From: Takakia lepidozioides
Lineage: Eukaryota > Plantae > Bryophyta
Reading direction: 5' to 3'
NCBI GenBank assembly: GCA_030704615.1
Contig: CM060731.1
Span: 11,532,001 to 11,596,000, forward strand
DNA: 64,000 nt
The notes beneath the pieces were generated by a model. That model made no database searches. It saw only the letters and a list, made by a program, of their open reading frames with translations, and had not been told where the DNA came from. Below are positions 60,601-64,000 of the stretch, in pieces. Position numbers and translations under genes: made by a program. Numbering within the stretch: position 1 is the stretch's first letter; every line of letters starts with the position of its first letter.

Positions 60601-63600
60601 TTAGCTTATGTCCCTTGTTTACATTCCTCCCACCCAAGCTGCCCGCTAGGGAATAAGGGCGAGCGCCTCTATTATAATGAGTATTACTATGGGGATTCAC
60701 ATATGTTGAGGTAGCCTGTTGCTAAAAGCTGACACATACAGTGTACAAGGCCTTGTTTTGACATGATTTTTTTTTATCAAAATACCTGCATTGTGTACAG
60801 GGAACGGATAGAATCCGAGGGCTTTCAGTAGCCAGAGCACAGGCTGGTGCGGCCTGGATAGCTGAGAAGTATGCAAATATGAGTGAACTAAATTTCCTTG
60901 TACTAGACGGTTGTCAAGTAATAGGCAACTTTTCTACCTGGTCAGAAGACTTGCCATGGCTGCAGTGGAGATCCTTGCCTCTGTCAGGGCTACCTTTGAA
61001 TCTGAACCTTCTCAACTTAGCGGTGCTGGATCTATCCGACAGCTGCAGCATTACTCGGATTTGGCCTGAGGACCCTACACTTGAGGTATAAATTCTATGA
61101 ATAGGCATCTGAGTACTTACATCGACAACCTCTGGGTTGGGTCATCGGCATTAATTTGGGATTCATAAGATGATAGGTTGAGCCGCCGCAGCTTTCTTGA
61201 TGGTTACACGACTTGCTCTTCTCCTGTTCATTTTCCTTTCTTTGCCATGTTGTCTAGCTTGAAGGAATAAATTGACAAGTAGTACAGTTTAATTAGCAGC
61301 TCTTGAACCGATATTGTCAATATAGGAGCTATAAACACGGCAGTGCTCAATAATATATGTGGGCACCGCACCTGGATAGAGTTTCCTGTTTTCACTTCCA
61401 CAAGAGCGCACGCAGCGCTGGATGGGATCAGATGTGGAAAACTTCTGTAAGATCTAGAGAAATCATTTTTGATGTTTTCAGGACTTGACGTTGTACTGCA
61501 GTTTCCTTGCAAGGAGTTGTGGATTTTGGTACTCAAAAACTGCATTGCCCTCGAAGACTTCCTCAAAATATTGGGAAACTATGGAGACTGAGGGATCTGG
61601 ATGTGCGAGGGTGCTCGACCTTGAAGGCTTTGCCTGACTCTTTTGGCGAGCTGAAGGAGCTTGAGGTCCTCAACTTGTCAGGGTGTGTTAACCTGTGGAT
61701 ATTGCCCAACACGATTGTGAACCTGTCGAAACTCAAGAAAATTATGTTGAACGAGTGCACCAAGCTGAAAAAGTTGCCCATGTCATTGGGGAATCTTCAA
61801 AGCTTAGTCGAATTTTGGGCTGAAGGATCTTCCCTGTCAGAACTGCCAGACTCGCTTTCACAGTTGTTCAACTTGGAGCACTTGCATCTCTTGAATTGCA
61901 GGGATATCCGAGAGTTGCCCTTGTCCATCAGTGGACTTGGGAAATTGAGGGTGTTAAACATGGGGATGACTGGAGTGGAAAGACTTCCAGAGGATTTTGG
62001 GCAGCTCACAAGCCTCACCGAATTGCATCTTCATGAGTGTGACCACTTACAGACTCTCGCTGAGAACTTTGGTTGCCTTCAACTTCGTATTCTCTTCATG
62101 CATCACAATCCTAACCTTATCATGCTCCCGGAAGGATTTGGATGACTTAAAGCTCTTGTCGATCTCGATCTTAGCTATTGCTCAATCCAAGAAGAGGGAT
62201 TGTCTTCAGATTTTGGGGCCCTCAGTGCGCTCAGAACTCTCAAATTGGAGTACAATCATATGGTTACGCTTCCTGAGAGCTTCAGAGACCTACGAGCCTT
62301 GGTCTGGTTAGTGATCCAGCATTGTCCAAACCTCACTCATGTTCGAGCGCTGCCATGGAGGCTGGAGACCCTTGATGTTGGAGATTGCCCCGAGCTTATA
62401 GAGATTCCGTGGCTGGGAAATCTGAGCTTTCTAAGCAATTTAACACTGTGCAACTGCACAAGATTGGCACAAGTGCAGGGGCTGGACTCTTTGACTGCTT
62501 TGGAGGAATTGAATCTGACAGGCTGCACCATGTTGCAGAGCGCACAGGGTCTGAACCATAATAGGGCCTTGAAACTGTGCTACCTGAGTGGGAGTAAGAT
62601 TTCCATGCCATACGACAGCAATTGGTTGGAGGTAAGCTCAGATTTTGAGATTGAACTCTGCTGCCTTTGTAATGAGTTGCTGTTTGAATATAATGTGAGA
62701 CATGACTTGCAAACCTTAATAACCTTTAGTCCTCTTCTTCCAGTCTACACTCGTTACCTAGAGTGTTTTAGTTACCCTTGATCAAGAGCGCATGTTCATA
62801 AGGTCTATTTCTTCGCACGTCTTGTTTCTTTAGCTCTGTATTATATTATGTCGGTCTCACTAAGATTGTATTTGCAAGAGTGTAGATGTGGGAGATGCTA
62901 ACAATTCACAGGACACATTTTCAAACCTGTATGAGTCCAGGATCTTAAAAAATTTGGACCATAATTAAAAACTGATTATGAATAGGGCACGGATGATTCT
63001 CTAATTCAACCTTGGGTTCCAAATGACAATGATCGTCAGAGGTACCTAATTCCGACAATGGCATTATACAGAGCAGCACCTTCGTTGATTCAGCTGTGAG
63101 GTGCGCTTTGGTCAGTACCTCAAAGCTTGATTGATATCACTGAAAACAGTCACAAATGCACATCAGTATTGTCTAGCAGCATTATAATCAGGGGAGAAAT
63201 CTAGGAGGTCCCAAGAATAGGGTTAGTTGGTGTCAAGATTGACCACGAATCTAACCTTCGTCATAATCTTAGCTACCTCCCATTTGCTGCAACTACTCGC
63301 CAAACAACTTTTAAGCATGGTTGTAATTGCCAACATGTCCATCTGCTTCCACTCCACATTTGATTACACAAGTTTTTTTAAGCTCTCTAGATTAGCATTG
63401 ATCCAGCTCCACATTGATCATCTAACCTCGGTTAAGAATTCCAATGTTATGTGCAGGAAGAACCAGCCATACAGGTGGTGAGCTACTACGACATTGCCCT
63501 GGGATTTGTGAACAACGGCATGGCACAAAGAAAAGTGGTGGACAAACAATGGGCCAACGAGTTCTGCATGGAGGCCACCGTTACAGAGCGGGAAAAGTGC

Positions 63601-64000
63601 ATAGCTGTCATCTTCTCCATCGTGGCACACGATCAAGGTTACTCCGACTATCCTCACAACCACGGTCGCTATCATGGATGGTGCATCTTGGAAGCTCGCA
63701 TTGTTCAGAACAATGAGGAGATTTACATTAGCGGTTTGTTCAGGTTGCGGCAAGCCGACATCAGGGACCAAATGTATTTGTGCACATTGCAAAGACAACA
63801 TGCCTTTGTGACTGCTCTGCAGCACGGAGACAAAATCTGCCTGTATGCGCGCTCATACTACCCTGCGTGGGCCATCACGGTGAAGCAAGGGGCAGTGTGT
63901 GTGGTCTATGCAGCAGCAGCAGGGGAGCTGGAGGAGATACAAGTGGTAGCAAATGGGGGCAGTGAGGCTGCAGAGAGCAATGTGGGTGTGAAGGCAAAGT
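57631..64000 (+). pseudogene. Alpha/beta-hydrolase-NB-ARC-LRR (HNL-type NLR) with a C-terminal extra domain; disrupted; continues past the window
   Basis: Exons 57631-58094, 58335-58735, 59086-60290, 60801-61085, 61502-62631, 63457->64000. SERAC1-like hydrolase DVVFFHGL, WPEKWLP, GHSFGG, DHTEVCKP; P-loop GMGGIGKTT, LIVVDDI, GLPLAL, FLDVACF, MHDLL; LRRs. Frameshifts at ~58398, ~59312, ~61555; stops at 59925, 60279, 62143. Confidence 0.9.

Overview
Eukaryotic nuclear DNA from a land plant, probably a bryophyte or other seed-free plant (inferred from the GT-AG introns, the hydrolase-NLR and the gene set). There are three zones. (1) 1-19 kb is gene-dense: the 3' part of a RECQL4-type helicase (+), an intronless cytosolic leucyl-tRNA synthetase (-), a DUF971/GBBH-N protein (+), an EBS7-like ERAD gene whose second exon looks like AKR2 (-), and a two-exon UDP-glycosyltransferase (-). 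(2) About 20-57 kb is a transposon graveyard. It holds a pogo/Tc1-like MITE, a decayed hAT transposase, three hAT MITEs stacked at one target site (one carrying a tandem Helitron-like array), a Ty3/gypsy fragment and a second MULE relic with GC-rich, G-box-rich subterminal repeats. It also holds a ~21 kb decayed Mutator-like cargo region. That region contains two FCP1/NIF-like HAD genes, a spliced gene with a ParB-like domain and a degenerate beta-class DNA-methyltransferase-like domain, a DUF8039/Tnp1-like ORF and a GCM-like/MULE/SWIM transposase. About 16 copies of an ACTTCG-N10-CGAAGT palindrome are scattered through it. (3) 57.6-64 kb is a pseudogenised alpha/beta-hydrolase-NB-ARC-LRR gene with an in-frame post-LRR exon encoding an unusual 'HDQG' domain; this exon runs off the window end. 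Exon structures were derived by eye, and domain calls come from motif recognition, not database searches.
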